A stretch of DNA of 61,667 nucleotides, counting the filler, from Choristocarpus tenellus KU-1152 (Eukaryota; Protista; Phaeophyceae): NCBI GenBank assembly GCA_964200185.2. It is 5 parts of 5 records of this genome, joined end to end, with 100 filler letters (N's around TTAATTAATTAA, not from the genome) between each part and the next. Parts side by side here need not be neighbours in the genome. Positions count along the whole stretch, not along the records: positions 1 to 20,111 come from CAXNAD020000417.1; 4 more parts are not named here. One strand, written 5' to 3'. The stretch's first letter is position 1. Every line of letters starts with the position of its first letter. Positions 1-13,931 of the stretch are shown piece by piece. Below the pieces are notes generated by a model, which ran no database searches, was not told where the DNA came from, and worked only from the letters and a program-made list of their open reading frames with translations. A program made the position numbers and the translations under genes.

Positions 1-43
1 GGGGTTTTTGTCTTTTTTTATGTTTTGGGGGAGAGGGGGGAGT

Positions 44-215
44 AGGGTGGGGGGGGGGGGGGGGGGGTCTACACTAGGGCGTCCATTCGGGCCATGACCA
101 GGAAAAGTGCACTTATATTATCCACATCTGACTCATGCAACAAAATCACCCAAAACTCGAAACATGGAAAAATGGATGACAATTGAACAGACGCAACACC
201 CCCCCTTATACTTTA
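44..215 (+). mobile_element. MITE family 1 copy (left terminus degenerate, poly-G)
   Basis: GGGCGTCCATTCGGGCC...GGAAAAGTGCACTT...AAATCACCCAAAA...CATGGAAAAATGGA...CCCCCCCTTATACTTTA; aligns with 1954-2126 and 53944-54114. Confidence 0.75.
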
Positions 216-423
216 AGCCAAAACCGAACAAGAATTAGAAGGTACCATTTTATAGCTGGCTCGAAATGGACTCTATAATGCACTCCGTATTTCTTTGAAG
301 AACCACCAATGTCGTATTGTACTCACAAAAGTCACTGAGAATAAATTTTCCAACTGTTGTGGAGCACTTCACACATTTTTGCGCTATGTTCGTAACTTTT
401 GTAACTGTCCATACCCTTATCAG

Positions 424-3400
424 TTTGCGGAAATCACTCAGGTGAAATTCCCCCCTGTCTTGAGTTCATTCCTATCTGTGATCAATCTGATCAATCTGGA
501 CGTGGGTTGGCTACTCTCTGCGTCTTGCATGGCCCAAGGAATTAGTTTCTACGAAAAATTGATGTGAGAGACACCAGATGTTGAAATATATCGATTGGAC
601 TTAAGGCATGCTAACAAAATATATGTATCTCCGCACATTTTTGAAGTCTCTGTAAAGACGCCAGGATATTTTCAAGGTTGGATAGCACAACCCCAACCAC
701 CTTCGAACCTTCAAGGGTTGTTCCAAATGCGTTGAATTCTTGTTTTCAGATATATTTCGACCAAAGCACAGTGTTTGGGTGTGTGGAGCAAGAAACTGTT
801 GCAGGTGTGTAAGAGGCCTCAACACGCAATGTCTTTCCTCTTTGGCCTCCCTGACATTGCTGCTCGTTTCCAGAGACTACTCGCAAGTCAAAGCATTCTT
901 GCATTTAGTCTCTCGCCTGGAGATCCCTTGTGTGCACCAACAAGGCTAATAGCCTTCCTGTACGGAAGTCAAACAATGCATGTGGACACACATATTCACT
1001 GCAGAGGAAGAAAATAGGCACACATGTGGCAACCCTTGCAAGTAGAGGGTGAATCTCCTTTTTCTAGATAGGACTTGGCAAACCTCAAGCCCAATACAAA
1101 ACCTACCACCTCGGGTGGTAGTCGTTTCAATTTGAGGATTTCGTTTTATAAGTACTATGGTGGATCCCCTTGGTCTTTGGGGCTCTAGATACAGTATGGA
1201 AAAAATGTATATGATACTGTAGTACTTATTATTTCCAATTTCAATTGAGACACAAGAGTAAAATTATCTACTTTTATGGAGGGTATGTCATTATGGACGG
1301 ATTTTTTCTCCTTCTGTAAGCAGTTTCAATTGTAGGAGTTGGAGTCTCGAGCTTAGCTAAACAGATCCATATGAATGAAACCACTGGACGATTTGCAAAC
1401 ACAATTTTCGTTGCTACAGAAGTCAAACCCTACACTCGAAACAATCCTGAGTCTTTTGCCAAGAACCGAGCGAGAGGTTCAGTACCCAAGTGTACAGGCT
1501 TAATAGAGGTCAATGACAGCAAACTGACAACAAATCCACAGTTCTGTAGTTGTGTACACCCTGCCTTGCTCTACCCCACCATCCCACCGTAACTATCATC
1601 TCATCCCAACTCCCTCAACTATTTGGCATTTACCCCTTTGGCTTCTGTGCTGGGGTAGCATGACCACCATCATCCCTCTCATAATTCTGCTCTTCTTGTC
1701 CATCACCTACCTGCTGGCGCGGAGGTCGGGAGGGAAGTGGCCCACCAGCAATGCCAAGAAGAAGAGCAGCAGAAGAAGTGGCGGCACTGTTGGACAATCT
1801 GTTCCGGGGGCCTCATCCGTAGAATCTTCCCTTGTGACAGGTGATTAACCTTCAGACGATTGCTTGGGTACATTGTTAAACTGAAGCTTGACTCTACTTT
1901 GAAAAGGTATGGATTTTGCGCATCGTACATGTATACAACTACAAGTTGAGACCCAACCTATCTGGGGGGGTGGGGGGGGTCTACGCGAGGGTGTCCATTT
2001 TGGACCAAAATCGGGAAAAGTGCATTTGCATTATCCATCCAACGTATGGCAGCCAAATCGTCCAAAAATCGTGATATGAAAAAATTGACCCAAATGGACA
2101 GCCACCACCCCCTCCTAGATACTTTGAGCCTGAGCATGTCAATACTGACTTCTGCCGCAGTAGTGTATCATCGTTTATACTTGGAATCCCCCTGTTGCAT
2201 TGAGATTTGTTCTGTTTCTGTTGCGGGTGCTGGTACATCCATTAGAACCTAAGTAACCTTCTCGTGTATGATTTTATATCTTGGGTGTAACAAACAGCAT
2301 CATTGAAGTTCTAGTGTCATGCTGGATCAGGTAGGGCAATTTTAACATTACCAAGTGCACAAATGAAATGGCTATGGTCGTCAATCCCGTTGTAGATGCC
2401 AAGACCCATGGTTCATGTAGGTTCACAGTGTCTGTTAGCCGTATTCTCCACCAGAACTTCTAGACAAAGATATTTTTATTGGGCCTAGCTTCCAAAACCC
2501 CTCTCCCTACCTAGTTCATTGCAATTTTTTCTTCTGCTCATTAGGCTCACACTTATTGGTTTGCTGGAAGCCCATAATGTAAGTGGAACAGGCTATTTTC
2601 ATTTTGTTCGTTGTGCTCTGTACCTCATATGTTGCTCCTTGTAGAATGAGAATATCTCTAAAATGCCAGTGGACATAGATGAATCCTAAAACAAATGCGT
2701 GCAGTCGCGTTGCACACTAGTATTACATATTCTTACTCTTGACAAACAGGGTAGGGTATTGACTCCAAAGGGGACACGACAGATATGGAGACCTTCCTCA
2801 GCAACAGAAGTTTTTACTATATTTGAAATCAGGAAACAAACAAGCTCCAAACCATGTAGTTTGGAAGTCTGAAAATGCTACAGTGAATCGTTTGGAACAA
2901 GTGGAAGTATTTGTCCAATACATATGCTTGAAATTTCAAACTGGGAAATATTTTCCACACTACGGAATATTCTTGTACAGGACGAATCAATGTGCGGAAT
3001 TTTGACAATTGGATTCCTTGTGAAAAATGGGTCTGAAGGAGGCTTTCAAGTAACACATTCGTGCATCATAGACCTATCGTTGTGCTTACCGAGGACACAT
3101 ACACATGGTTGTATGGGATGTTTTTACAACTGAGTACCAAACAAAGCTGTTTTAAAGTATAAGTGATGATCGGATTCTTTGTGAGTGTATTTCTTTTTGG
3201 ACCTTTGAATAGTGGCTACCCACCAACCACAGTTATGTTCAAACTTAGGAGGGTGGGCTGTGTTTTGTCAACAAGGTGAACCCCGGTAACAAGTGGGTGC
3301 TTCCATCTCCCCATTGCCAACACATTCAATAAATTCAATCTGGGCATTTTAAAAACCTGTCCCACCATGGTTTACAGCTCAAAGTCCTTCAGTGTTCTCA

Positions 3401-6400
3401 CAAATCATACTTTCCCCCACAGCCCTTGTCGTCCAGCTCCTGCCTTTGTGCTAGTTCCGACCCCCCATACACGTGAGCTTTACTCTAACCCTGCATGGGT
3501 GAGCTCCTTATTGGGTATGGCACTTGGTCCTTGCCATCGACATGAAGACTTTTCCCATATATACTCATACAGTATATTATTGTTGTGTGTCACAGTAGTC
3601 AGGGGATTATCTCGACCTATTGTCAGAGGTACTACACACTGCAGTACTTCTTGCATTTAACTACTTACTGTATTTTGCACTGTGTAACTGATTGGACTGC
3701 CTCCATTACTGCCTTGCTTCTTGCTCGTTGGGTTCAGCACTCCTATCGCTCGTTCATTCTTTTCCTCCCTCCGAAGAAGTTTTCAAACCGATCTTGGTCA
3801 GCTGTTGTTGTGGAATAGCCACAGACAGGATTATTCGGGTGTAAAATCCGCTGTGGTTCCCACGTGGAATAGCATAATCGAAATCGAACTTCCTGTAAAT
3901 AAGGTGGGCATTGAAAGGGTTTGAAGCCGACAAATATGGATGTTAGTCATGCTTTAAATACTAACCATGGTGATGCCATATTACTTACTCGCAACCACCT
4001 TAAGTAGAATAGGGCATAGCACTCTCTGATCAGGGTTGGAATTTTCGTTGCTGGATTGTTCCCATGAGGCTAGTGCAAGGTACGTGGTAAATCTAGTGTA
4101 GATTGTAAATAGTTATGAATTGTACGCCTTCGTATAAAGATCTTGACGATTGACAGGTCTGGAAAAGAAGGCCACTGAAACCTAACAAGGAGGAATTATG
4201 TCTGGCTTGCTGCTGGGGGTTGACCAGTGAGACATAAATGATGCTCTGCACCACATTGGTCCCAGTTCTTGATAAAAGACTAACCTTATAATATCACCTG
4301 GGGCAGTTAAGGCATTGCACCATTATATGTCTTTATACGCAACTTACTGTCATTTTTTTTTCGTATGGCTGTCAAACACCAGGTAGTACTGAACTGCAAT
4401 GAATGGGCTTGATGACACCCGTAGAGGAGATTTGTCGTGCTTGCCTCACTGACCAACTGATTCCTCACTCTATTCTACGCCAGAGGCTAAGGAACCCAAT
4501 GCAGCCTATATTGACTTCCGGGGGACACCTGGAAGGACCTTGGATTTAAGCGCAGAAAAGGTGCTAACAGGTTGGCTCCACAGGGGAGTGGTGCATCTAT
4601 TTGTATTATGGTGCGTAGTGATGAGTTATTAGTTGTCTACATCCCACTTCATATTTAAAGCTATTTGCACAAACATACCCTCTTGAATTTGATGAAGTTG
4701 ATGAACGTGATCTATCCCTCCCACCTCACTATACCAAGCATTGTTCCATTCCGTTGGTTTTTTGGGTATTTTGTGCAGAAGGAATCAGACTGGCGACTCT
4801 ACGCACGTCACATGTCTGTGGTACTGATCGTGTGCTATCTGATCTACACACAGGTCTCCACTGTTGTAAGTTTCTCGCACATTTTTAGTTGTTCTTAAAT
4901 GAATACATAGCACACAGAGTATTTTGCAGTTATACAAAGAGGGGCCATATCATGTCTAGTGAAGTATGTACCAAGTTAATGGAATGAATGGAGCACCAAG
5001 ATATTGTGCGGCCATATATGGTCTTGAATTGACCACCTATGCATACACTTCATTGTTTTTCGACCTTTCCCGTATTATTGATGTCGGAATAGAGACCTGG
5101 GGATATCATTGCACCATTGAGATATCACTCTACATTATTTTTATCCTCCATAAGACAAAGGGGCTGAACGGTGGGATGGAATGGATGTGAAGTTCTGTAG
5201 TGGTGTTGCATATGCAGAACGGATACACAAGCAGTGAGACGTTAATTTCTTGAAATGGGTTTCACTTGTGTTTATGTATTGTTGATTTTCTCATAATCGA
5301 TTCTATGTCATCACACACTCTAGAAGAGAAAATATCATTATTTTTCTTGCATCATCAAACAATTGTGTTTTTTTCAGTACTTGACATGAACCATACCACC
5401 TGCGTCTGTATGGACATTGTACTGAGAGACAAGATCTTCCAGACTTTTGCTTGTGAGGATCTAACTGATGTGGAAGAGAGGTATCTCAGGGCAGACTTTC
5501 GTATCAAATGTGACTCAGAGGAGCATTCGAGGTACATCTGTTTTGCTGCCATCATGATATTTATCTGTGAGTGCCCTCCTAGCAACAGTGCATGTTCTGA
5601 GCGTGAGATATCTGTTGCATCGTTCTTGCAAACAACCAGAAAATTGTAAGTTACGACAGGTATATTGTGTTGTCAGCTGAGAGATGGTGCTTATGTTGGT
5701 TTATTTAAATCTCACTTAGCCTCGTCTTTATCCACATCTTGTTCCAGATCCCATTGGCATCCCTGCTGCCTTCGCCTTTGTGCTGTGGAAGCAAAAGGGT
5801 CCAATCAACCCCCCTTCAAATGAAGAAAAGCTCACCAAGGAGGAGTATGTGGAGGTAATGCAAGACAATTGAGTCAGCGTGAAAGTCCTCCAACCTTGTT
5901 CCCCTCATTTCCCCCCCACTCTCACCATTACACTCTCTTCTATATACGTTGATCTTCTGGGGGGTGGGACAGGAAAAGCAGTTGGTGAAGCTGAGTAAGG
6001 ACAAGAATGTGGCCCCAACATCCTTCCTTTGGGAGTCATACTCTCCTAGAGGATACTATTATGAGGTGTGAGGGGAGGGGGGTGTTTAGTATGTTCTCTC
6101 TATACAATGATGGGCAGGAAAGACATTGCGAGTATCAAGTGGGAAGCTCAATATCACTCACATGTGTCGTCAGTTGTTTATACCAAGTCGTTGTGGTGTC
6201 AAGATAAAACCTACTCCCATTAAAGGATATGTATCATTCTAGTGGATCATGGCGCGAAAACAAACAGCATCACAAATGTGGAGATTTTGTGTTAGGGTCT
6301 TGTGATGGAAGAACACCGAAACTTCTAAGGATCTCATGTATGCAGCTGGAGGTTTGATTGACAGTGGAGGGACATCTTGGAAAGTGCTTCCTGAAGGGTA

Positions 6401-9400
6401 CTGTGCTCCATTGATGTACTCCACTATTGAAATAGTGAGGAAATCCTTCATGCTGTGAGGAAGTTTGAAGTGAATTGCGTATAGGCACGCTACGTGATAA
6501 CAGCAATCTATCAAGTTATTATCGGAGTAAAAAAATCGTGATTCCTGATTACTATATGGGTTATTCTTTGAATTGACTCAGTGTGTACATGGATACAGTC
6601 ATTCACAGTTTTCGACCTGCGTTAGTAGTATGTGATCCACTCAGCTTCGTTCCCTGCACTTTCACCAATAGCCATAGTATGGACTCATCAACATGGTCCA
6701 GAATATGGTCAAACACGCTTAAAGTAAAGGGAGAAGGTTTGGGATTGGTTACTGAGGGTATATTGTTGATGGTTGGATACAATCTGGCATCAGCTGGATA
6801 CATGGACCTATCCTATGCAAATACCATAAGTAACCCCTCCCCGTCTGATGCAGTGGATGACCTCAAGGATATTCTGAATGACAGATCCTTAATACATTAG
6901 GGCAGAGTGCGGAGATAGATGGTTGTATGCAATGCCAGGCTCTCGTGACTGACTTCGACATATCTTTGATGCGCTCCCCAGGAGGTACCAATATCTCGAG
7001 GTCAAGCATCCCTTACCCCTTGATCAGTATGAGAATTTCGCGAGGAAGGTTAAAATCTTTGCCAAATTGCCCAAAGAGAACTTGAATCTCCTGGCACCTC
7101 ACTTGCTTTGGTTGATCTGGTTCCTCCACCTGTGTGTTGGTTTGGTTGGTAACCTCCAGCTCCAGCTCCTACCACAACCTGCTTAGACAGTACTACCACC
7201 CTTCCGCAACATATCGGCATTTGAATATCTTTATTATCTCAGAATAAACTTTTGCCCTCGAATGTGCAACTACTCTTGCTGTACAATTGAGACTTACACC
7301 TACCACATGTAACGCCTTTGTGAAAATGTTGACTATGGCATTGTTGTTAGTTCCCTTCCTCGGTCTCCCTTTGTATAGTCAAGTACCCAGACCAAGCAGC
7401 ACCCTCAATTGCCGCCATGGTCCACCCCCTCGTTTTCATTATACCGTATGTTGTGCATGCTTGTAGGTGTAGTCATCATTCCAGTATCCTAGTATCGTGA
7501 TTTGGACAAGTCTGATCCAACACATTCTACTCACTTGGAGTATATATTTGATTGAGGTCACCTGGGGACCATTTCCCTTGTGGCATTTTGATGCTCGGCA
7601 CCTTTCTTTGCATTCTTGCCGCCTCTTCGTCCAAGTGAACCAGAGAGTGCACGTTTATCTGCACCAAAGTAGATGCAGTGTCTGTACTCCTCAGCAATAC
7701 ATCGCATGCCTTCTTGGCCTTCACAACTCACATATTCAATCTTATTGTGAATCCCACTTGTGTCTACTCTTCTAACCCTAACTCAAAAGTTTTGTTATAA
7801 ATTCAAACAGAACAAGTTGCACAATAGCAAATATATGAGTGAGATGCCCTCCAAAACTAAACCTGGGCACCTGCATGCCTGATAAACATGTTGCTATTTT
7901 AGAGTACTAAAATGTGACCTGAAATGTGAGATTTGATAGTTTTATAATTTATTATCCGCTATATTCTGTTCAATTGATTCAAATACATTTGTTCATGCAA
8001 TAGGATCTTGACTAAGGACCACCTCCCCCCCCACACACACACACAATTTCCAGAAGTCAGAGGAGCGAACTGTTGACTTACACCCTTTTCCACTATTCCC
8101 AGAAGCGTTAAATCCAGCTAGACCCTTTATGAGGCTGTGGCTATAGAAGAGAGAAACATTCGTATATTTGCGAGACAAAGCCAATCATTTGATATATTCC
8201 TGGTAACGGATTTCTGTTTTTGGGAAGGAACGAAGGTCCATTTCAGTTTCTCGTGCCAGTGTTATAAACAACGGAAGTTTAGGGACCCCCCCAAAAGAAA
8301 AAATCCATCTCGTCATGATCTTGTAGCTGGGACCAATTCCAGGGATTGCCGACATGAAAATTATGTGGGCGTCCAGACCAGACGTACCACAAGAGGATCA
8401 TATATCTATCGGTATTTTTGCCAAGAGGGCAAGGTTTTTCTCCATCTTACTCTGTCCTCCCGATCAAAAAGGCAAAACAATTCCGACATGGGTAGGATGC
8501 ACGATTTGAAAAGTACGATACCAGAAATATACCATGGATGACTTGTGGCTACTGTTAAACTCTCATCGATAGACTTAACCAAATGGGACTCGCAATTCAG
8601 CTGTGTTGTATGTGGCAAGTTTCAGCAACAGTGAAAAGTGTGATTTTTTCAGTGGTGTTACGCCTGTCCAATGCCCACTGTGGGACAATGTGTCTTTTTT
8701 AGGTGGTGGAGTGTGGTCGCAGGCTGATCCTAACCAGCATCCTGGTCTTCATTTTACCGAATACATCTGGGCAGGTGGCAATGGGCAGCATCTTCGCTTT
8801 CCTCAGGTCTAGAGATGAATGATATGACTGTTCTCGGGTAGCATGTGGCAAGGTTGGATACATCTTCAAGCTGAGTGTTTTGATTCTTTGCATTCAACTG
8901 TTTCTTCTGCGTAAGTTATGTTGGATCCAGGAAAGTCAAATGGACTATGCAAATCTGCTATCCAAGCAGCCTAAGGCTACACTACATGCACATAGTCATC
9001 ATAGCATTCCTATCCAATGACCATGCAGGTTTGATACTTGGCCTGCCCAAAAGCTTGTCATATTTTCTGTGTTCTAGTCCTGTGAGTAAACCCACACATT
9101 GTGAACATGAGTGCAGCACAGCAAAAATACACCTAGAGTGTGAAACATACGAGTAAGTCCCTCCTATTTAACACTTCATCCAAGATCGAACCTTCTCTTT
9201 CATAAAGAAAATGATTGCAATATAAGATCGCTCTCTTGCCATGCTGGAATAGTGGTCTGATCAACCTCTTGCCTGCCCACCCTACGTGTCACAACCACTC
9301 CTGCTGTATCACTTTGCCGCTCTGTCTTGTGGGGTGTAAACCTGACTTCCACCTCCCCATATCAAAATGAATGTGTTTTTTCTCCATGGTGAACATGTGT

Positions 9401-10723
9401 GGGCTCATCCTTGTGCAGCTTAATTGTCTTCGAGATCCTCAAACCCCATCTAGATCCCTTGGACCGCTCCTTGTATCGAACGGTGCGTGTATTATTGCAC
9501 TAACTTGAGGGGCATGTGTGGAGTGTTCTTTAGTCTGGAAGTACATGGTACGGCCTTCAAAGTTTATATATGTTCACAGTGTGTACGTATTGAAGGGCAT
9601 CTGTTATAATTTTCAAATTGAACACCTGTATCATCTGGATTGTCCATAGTACAGCACATGGCATGAAGGACACGAGCCTTGCAAGAAAACTCCCGAACCT
9701 ATTGACTATCTTACCTATGGGTTTCTTCGCCTGTAGAAAAGGAGTTGATGATTGAGCACACAGTTGCATCAGTGGAACAATTCGTGGCTTCGAATGCAGT
9801 ATAGAATGATGTCAGAATTTGAATAACTCCGCAGAGCACTGTGCAACATGTAGACAACCCATCCCACTTAAACCTCAGTCATATTTTATCTTGCCTTTAG
9901 TATACCACAAGAAATGGTTGTGCACCAGTGGTCAGATCTTGGCTAGTAGCATCATATATTTGGAGGTAGAAGATCAGTAGCTACGGACAGAGTAGACGCG
10001 CAGAACAGATAGCAGTGGTAGTGACGACTTGCAGCCGGCATATTAGAGCCCTCCTCCCTGGACAAGTATCAAACACTACCCTATCTCACAAGGTACTACG
10101 AAATGGAAGAAACATGGGGATGACACTGTAGGCAAGGATTAAATGATACAGATAAAGTAGAAAGAGCTGCCTGCAATAGAGATGCCAGAATACACCATTA
10201 TATTGCACTCCTCGCTCTACCTGGGGGGGTTGTTGGACAAAACGTATACAATAATAGATGCTTCGAAGTATATGCTAGGAGGAACACATGTGTCCGTCAG
10301 TAACAAGAGGTTAGTTAGTATGTTTGCCTCATTGATGCTTCCTTTACTCAATCATTGACATCCAACCACTTCAAAGCAATGCCACCCTTCTGTTGCTTCC
10401 CCTGATCTGGACGTATCATCCAGGGTTGTATGGTGATATTCTTCACCAACTTTCTCGCGCTCATGATTCAGGCGGAAGTGACGTCCCCAGACTCAAGAGG
10501 TGGTCAAGTTTATTCGGTTCTACTTGTCTTGGTGAATGTGCTGCTGTTACTCTCAATATGGTGGCAGACATGGGTCACAATGAGTGCAGTCTTCAGTCGC
10601 ACACATATACAGCAGTCAACAATTGGTGTAGACATCATGGGGGAGAGCTTCATGGAGCGGATTGGGAAAACAAACAGTAACGTTGGGAAGGGATCCAGGG
10701 CAAGAGTCCCACCACCGATATAG
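424..10723 (+). CDS. Multi-pass membrane protein, C-terminal part (stramenopile family with Cys-rich ectodomain and multi-TM C-terminus); 5' end not found in the window
   Basis: Ten phase-consistent GT-AG exons: 424-563, 1659-1840, 4484-4560, 4779-4865, 5434-5566, 5748-5854, 5973-6065, 8703-8806, 9419-9482, 10424-10723. Spliced peptide: FAEITQVKFPPVLSSFLSVINLINLDV...RHMSVVLIVCYLIYTQVSTV-IFQTFAC...YLRADFRIKC...YPIGIP...FLWESYSPRGYYYE-VVECGRRLILT...GCMVIFFTNFLALMIQ. It is collinear with the paralogue at 57449-58560. Confidence 0.88.
1954..2126 (+). mobile_element. MITE family 1, full-length (~170 bp), intronic
   Basis: Terminal inverted repeats CAACCTATCTGGGG...CCTAGATACTTTG with subterminal GTCCATTT/AAATGGAC inverted motifs; homologous to 53944-54114. 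Confidence 0.8.
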
Positions 10724-13700
10724 TCATTCAAATGGGATGGACAACAGAGGATAGGAAACTGCTCTGTGTCAATAAAACTCCTATTGTCAAAGTAGAGGGG
10801 GGGGGGGAGGGATTACGGGCCAATAGCGATGGGGCTTATGGGGTAACTCTCACTTGCCCTGCTTTTGGTGAGGTCTCTTCAAATCGACAGGAGAGGGTTA
10901 TTCTTATACGTACCTTGAAAAAATACCAGCAAGTTGTGGCCTTAGCCAATGAGGTCAATCCTCATCAATATTCGTCACGCAGTTGCTCAAATTGGTTTAA
11001 ACTGGTACTCTAGAGTACCTACAATGTAGCATAAATTTCAGCACTGTATTAAATATTGTTAGAAATAGTACATGCCGTTGGCATACATATGTAGAAATTT
11101 GTATTGTTTTGGGGCAAATGCCAGTACAAACCTCTTGGACGAGAACCCCCAGGAGCACTACGTCAGTTATGAGCTGCAAACACTCACTGTCATTGTTGGC
11201 TTGAGGAAAACGTGGAAATTGCGTGAGGGGATTGACGTTTTCCTTGTCTCAATCGATACTAAGGAGCATATCCTATGTAGGATACATATACAGCTTGCTT
11301 TAGGAATGCCGTGTTGGTAGTTATCCTCCTCCATTCCATGGTTAGAAACTTCGTTTACCCTTGGTTCGGTGACCTCACGGTGTTGCTGAGCATCAGGTGG
11401 TTGAATGATGTGGGCAGCACTTCCATCTCCTTGAACACGGCTTTAATTGGTGCCTATAAAACTGTTGTATAAAATATTGTATGCTGATGTAGTGTGTTTT
11501 AGGGGCTTGAAGGGATGAGGAGGGACGGCCATTTAAATTTAATATTTTGAGGAAAATGATACATTGTGTTTTGTTGTTTTAGTGTTGTGTGCTGTTTGTA
11601 AGTTCAGAGCATATCTCATATATATGTGTGTGTGTGTGTTTGTATGCATGATATTGTGCACGATGTCCAGGACCGTGCAAATAAATATTTTTCTATAGGC
11701 GAAGGGGGCTAGGGACTATAAATGGAATATAACCGGCTTCGTTCACCATTTAGTCACGAAGGGGCACTCCAGAAGGAGAACATCGAATCTTGGCAAAACT
11801 TTCTCAGCTACACTTGTTCGTAAACTGGATCTTGATTATTTTTCCCAACATAAAATGACAATTTTTGTTTCTTCTATTTTCTTCTTTTTTTCTTGGATGA
11901 CAACCTCTACAAAAAGTTAGTGGACAGAAGTTATCGCTAGCCTTTTCATGAAATAGCGTTGAGGGGATACTGGACCCAGAAGAGGTGATTTGTCCGATTT
12001 TACGGTGTCTGGCAGGGAGACCCTTTCCAACGATTGATCTGTTCATTCAGATCTAAGTTTTGATCTCCTTGTTAGACACAATAAAGGTCGAAGTTCTGCA
12101 CAGACCCCGCAGTTATACATGTAGTAAACATTTGCTACATGATTTACTTCTGCATAGAAAGACAGGCAAATGGTACTCATGAAAGAATAATCCAAGTGAG
12201 AGATCTAGCATACTTGACAACTTGTGCAGCAGGAGTCCTCTACGTGCATCAGCGTCATCTATAGGCCTGTAGATCGGAGCTATACATCCTGTGGATGTAA
12301 TCTTCGGGAGCGTGCTGTAACATGGAGGTCTTACCGAGACTTCCGCGTTGTAACAAGGTTGTGCTGGGGGGGAGAGTGGAAGGGGAACTTCACACCAGGT
12401 GTCGCTCACTTTGTTCGAGCCTGCTCCACCAGGAGGAGAGGAACAAAGGGGGGGGGTGTTGTGCCTGGAACCCTGAAGGGGCTGTGGTAGGGAAGGGGAA
12501 GAGACGAGAAGCAGGAGAACATCCACAAACCACAAAGCAGCCACAGTGCTTGAGTCGCACCACGAGAAAAGGCACAGAGGGGGGTTGAGTGGTCAATGGC
12601 TTGGAGAAAAAGAAGAGGAGAGGTCCACTACCCAGTAGCTACGATACTCCATTAGCATCACGAGGAAAAAAAAGTCCGGGGGAGGCTTTGCCTGGGTGAC
12701 AGGGATGAGCTGCACCTAGGTAGGATGGGTGGGTTGCGCTTCCTGTCTGTACAAAACTTGATTGAGGTAAACATATAATGATGCGGAGATATGGGATCTG
12801 TGTATGTATGACATTGACCTTAAAGCAGCAATAATCATATTTATCTAAATTATTTTTTTGTTTTGTTTACCTTAAATCGTACCTATAGGAAGTTATACGA
12901 AGCCAACACTGAAGACATCACAGGTCAAAGTTGTAGTGGACAACTTAAAATTTGGGGAAACCATCCCCTCAATACTAACATCATTCAGAAGGAGGAAGAA
13001 TTATTGGGTAGGGATAAGAATTTAAAGGGGAAATTAATTTTCTACGTACTCCAAAACACTATCATTTTAGCTTCTGTGAGAGATAGTCACGCTCGCTAAG
13101 AATTCTCCACAACACATTCTTAGAAACAGGATTTGCTACAGTTACACACAATAGCTATAAAAAATTATCTAGATTGCCAATGCATCAAATCTTATTGATG
13201 ATGAGATAGGTATCAACACACGTTGCAGGAAGTCTGGTTCGCCTATCAGGTTGTATCAACGGCTGCATGAAACGCATCTCCGTTTTGACTGGACTAGAGT
13301 TGTGATTGACAGATCGCTTGCCCTGGCATGTCCAACAACGCCAACTCTTCACGACGAACCCGATTTTTGAACACCCCCCACTCTGATTAACTATTTCTGT
13401 GGAAAAGTATCATTTGAACGAGTGTGCCCATCATTACAGATAGTATATTATATTTTGGAACCAAATCAATTGAGAGGTGTAGGTAGACTTAGATTTTAAG
13501 GATCCTAGAATTTGCAAAATTACGCCATTTTGTACAATTGCAGAAGGAGGCTTAGATACTTCTGACACTTTGGGGGTGAAGGAAGCATATCAACTTTGTA
13601 GATACTATTGTGAACTTGATTAAAAGTGACAATATTACATAGAGGATAATACAGACAGTGAAGACAGCATAAAATGCACAAAGGTTCCAAAACTACCTAT

Positions 13701-13801
13701 AGTGTCAGCCTCTAAGATCAGACGGTTCTTGACTTTTTTGCGAGATGATGTAAGGCGAGTTGATCGATGATCAGCATATTAAATTAATGGTGGGATGAAA
13801 T

Positions 13802-13931
13802 GTCGATTGGGGCAAAGGAATCCGGTCGCAAAATACTTTGTCTTGAGTTAGTAAATGCCAAAAGAGGAAAATCGCTGAAAATTGTGCCAATATATTTGTT
13901 TTTGGGACCAGATTGCTTTGCCCCAATCGAC
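13802..13931. mobile_element. ~130-bp foldback/MITE with 32-bp terminal inverted repeats
   Basis: GTCGATTGGGGCAAAGGAATCCGGTCGCAAAA versus the reverse complement of the right arm, GTCGATTGGGGCAAAGCAATCTGGTCCCAAAA (29/32 identical). Confidence 0.7.

Noticed and set aside
12113-12596. Overlapping ORFs as a LINE or other retroelement fragment
   Set aside because: No convincing endonuclease or reverse transcriptase motif; likely chance ORFs in a GC-richer patch.
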